Assembly (NCBI GenBank): GCA_964188305.1
Contig: OZ076890.1
DNA from: Podarcis bocagei
Taxonomy: Eukaryota
Strand: one strand, 5' to 3'
DNA: 64,000 nt
Shown one piece after another: positions 62,966 to 64,000 of the stretch. Below the pieces are notes generated by a model. It searched no databases. It was not told where the DNA came from and worked only from the letters and a program-made list of their open reading frames with translations. A program made the position numbers and the translations under genes. The number at the start of each line of letters is the position of its first letter. The stretch's first letter is position 1.

Positions 62966-63627
62966 TACTGCACTTGCATATTTGTTGCAGGAACCTATTT
63001 CACACATTGTCCGTCTCACTTCAGTGTGGGATGTTGTGTTTCAAAATTCAGAAAGCGTCAGATCATTGATATCTGTGTCTACCTGCTGCACATGAGGATT
63101 TGACCAAGGCTGCACTAAAGGCTATACAATGTTTACAAAGTGAAACTGCTGTATTGCCAGGATTCAGACATACGTTTAAGTAGAGTGCAATAATAGGAAA
63201 TAACCACTGAGGTAGTAGGAACCCACTGAAAACTTCCTGGATGAGTGTCCTATAAAACTTTTGGAGTGGGCATGGTATAGTAAAAAGTAGCAAACAAGAG
63301 CACCATACAGGCTAGGGCATACAGGATTTATGGGGAGAGTGTGCCTTTCTTAGATACATAGATTTCGATGTCTTTGCACGTCAAAACAAAACAGCTTGAA
63401 TTATATCATGAAGGTTATGAAAAGCGAGCACATATGTGAAATTTCTACAAATAAGTCTACCCCACATATTTGGAAATATCCACCATATGGGCACTGCCCT
63501 AGGCTGGTTACTGGTCATTTCTGGCTACCATATAATATAAAAAATGCTATGGACAGAATTGATGGACATTATATTCAAAGCACTTGAGGTCTTTCAAAAT
63601 GTTTAGCCAGTTCTAAGAACACTTGAA

Positions 63628-63947
63628 GGGACGCAGGTGGTGCTGTGGTCTAAACCACAGAGCCTAGGGCTTGCCGATCAGAAGGTTGGCAGTTCAAATC
63701 CCCTTGACAGGGTGAGCTCCTGCTCACCTAGTAGTTTGAAAGCACGTCAAAGTGCAGGTAGATAAATAGGTACCCCTCCGGCAGGAAGGTAAACGGCGTT
63801 TCCGTGCACTGCTCTGGTTCTCCAGAAGCAGCTTAGTCATGCTGGCCACATGACCCGGAAGTTGTACACTGGCTCCCTTGGCCAGTAAAGCAAGATGAGC
63901 GCTGCAACCCCAGAGTCGTCCACGACTGGACCTTTTATCTTTTCCTT
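63628..63947 (+). mobile_element. Sauria SINE (Squam1), near full length
   Basis: GGGACGCAGGTGGTGCTGTGG head, B box GTTCAAATCC, GATAAATAGGTACC core and BovB-like tail. The TSD TAAGAACACTTGAA is at 63614-63627 and 63948-63961. Confidence 0.95.
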
Positions 63948-64000
63948 TAAGAACACTTGAAGGGTGGGATATTTTTTTTTGTCCTACGCATACGTTCTTC

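Overview
This is vertebrate genomic DNA, almost certainly from a lacertid lizard, judged from its repeat content: Sauria/Squam SINEs, BovB, lizard L1, CR1/L2 and hAT/Tc1-mariner MITEs. I find no supportable host protein-coding exon. The window reads as a gene desert or very large intron, with dense transposon debris between unique, homeobox-motif-rich blocks that may be enhancers. The only real protein remnants are retrotransposon ORF2 fragments (BovB 1834-2330, L1 47249-48082, L2 and CR1 pieces). The most interesting signal is a family of three diverged non-coding interspersed elements (about 21429-22216 +, 33485-33855 +, 56365-57000 -). The first and third carry a stem with U-rich strands matching ENE poly(A)-triple-helix architecture; the second keeps only its 3' half. 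In all three this motif is followed by a long-range helix that pairs with the sequence at AATAAA, which would dock the poly(A) tail next to the ENE. Also notable are a MITE holding an array of 60-bp hairpin units with flipped cores, an hAT MITE with overlapping alternative hairpins, a Tigger1-like element, and stacked hAT insertions at CTCTAGAG. Family names are from my recall of consensus sequences, not a database search. Boundaries of old, decayed repeats are approximate.
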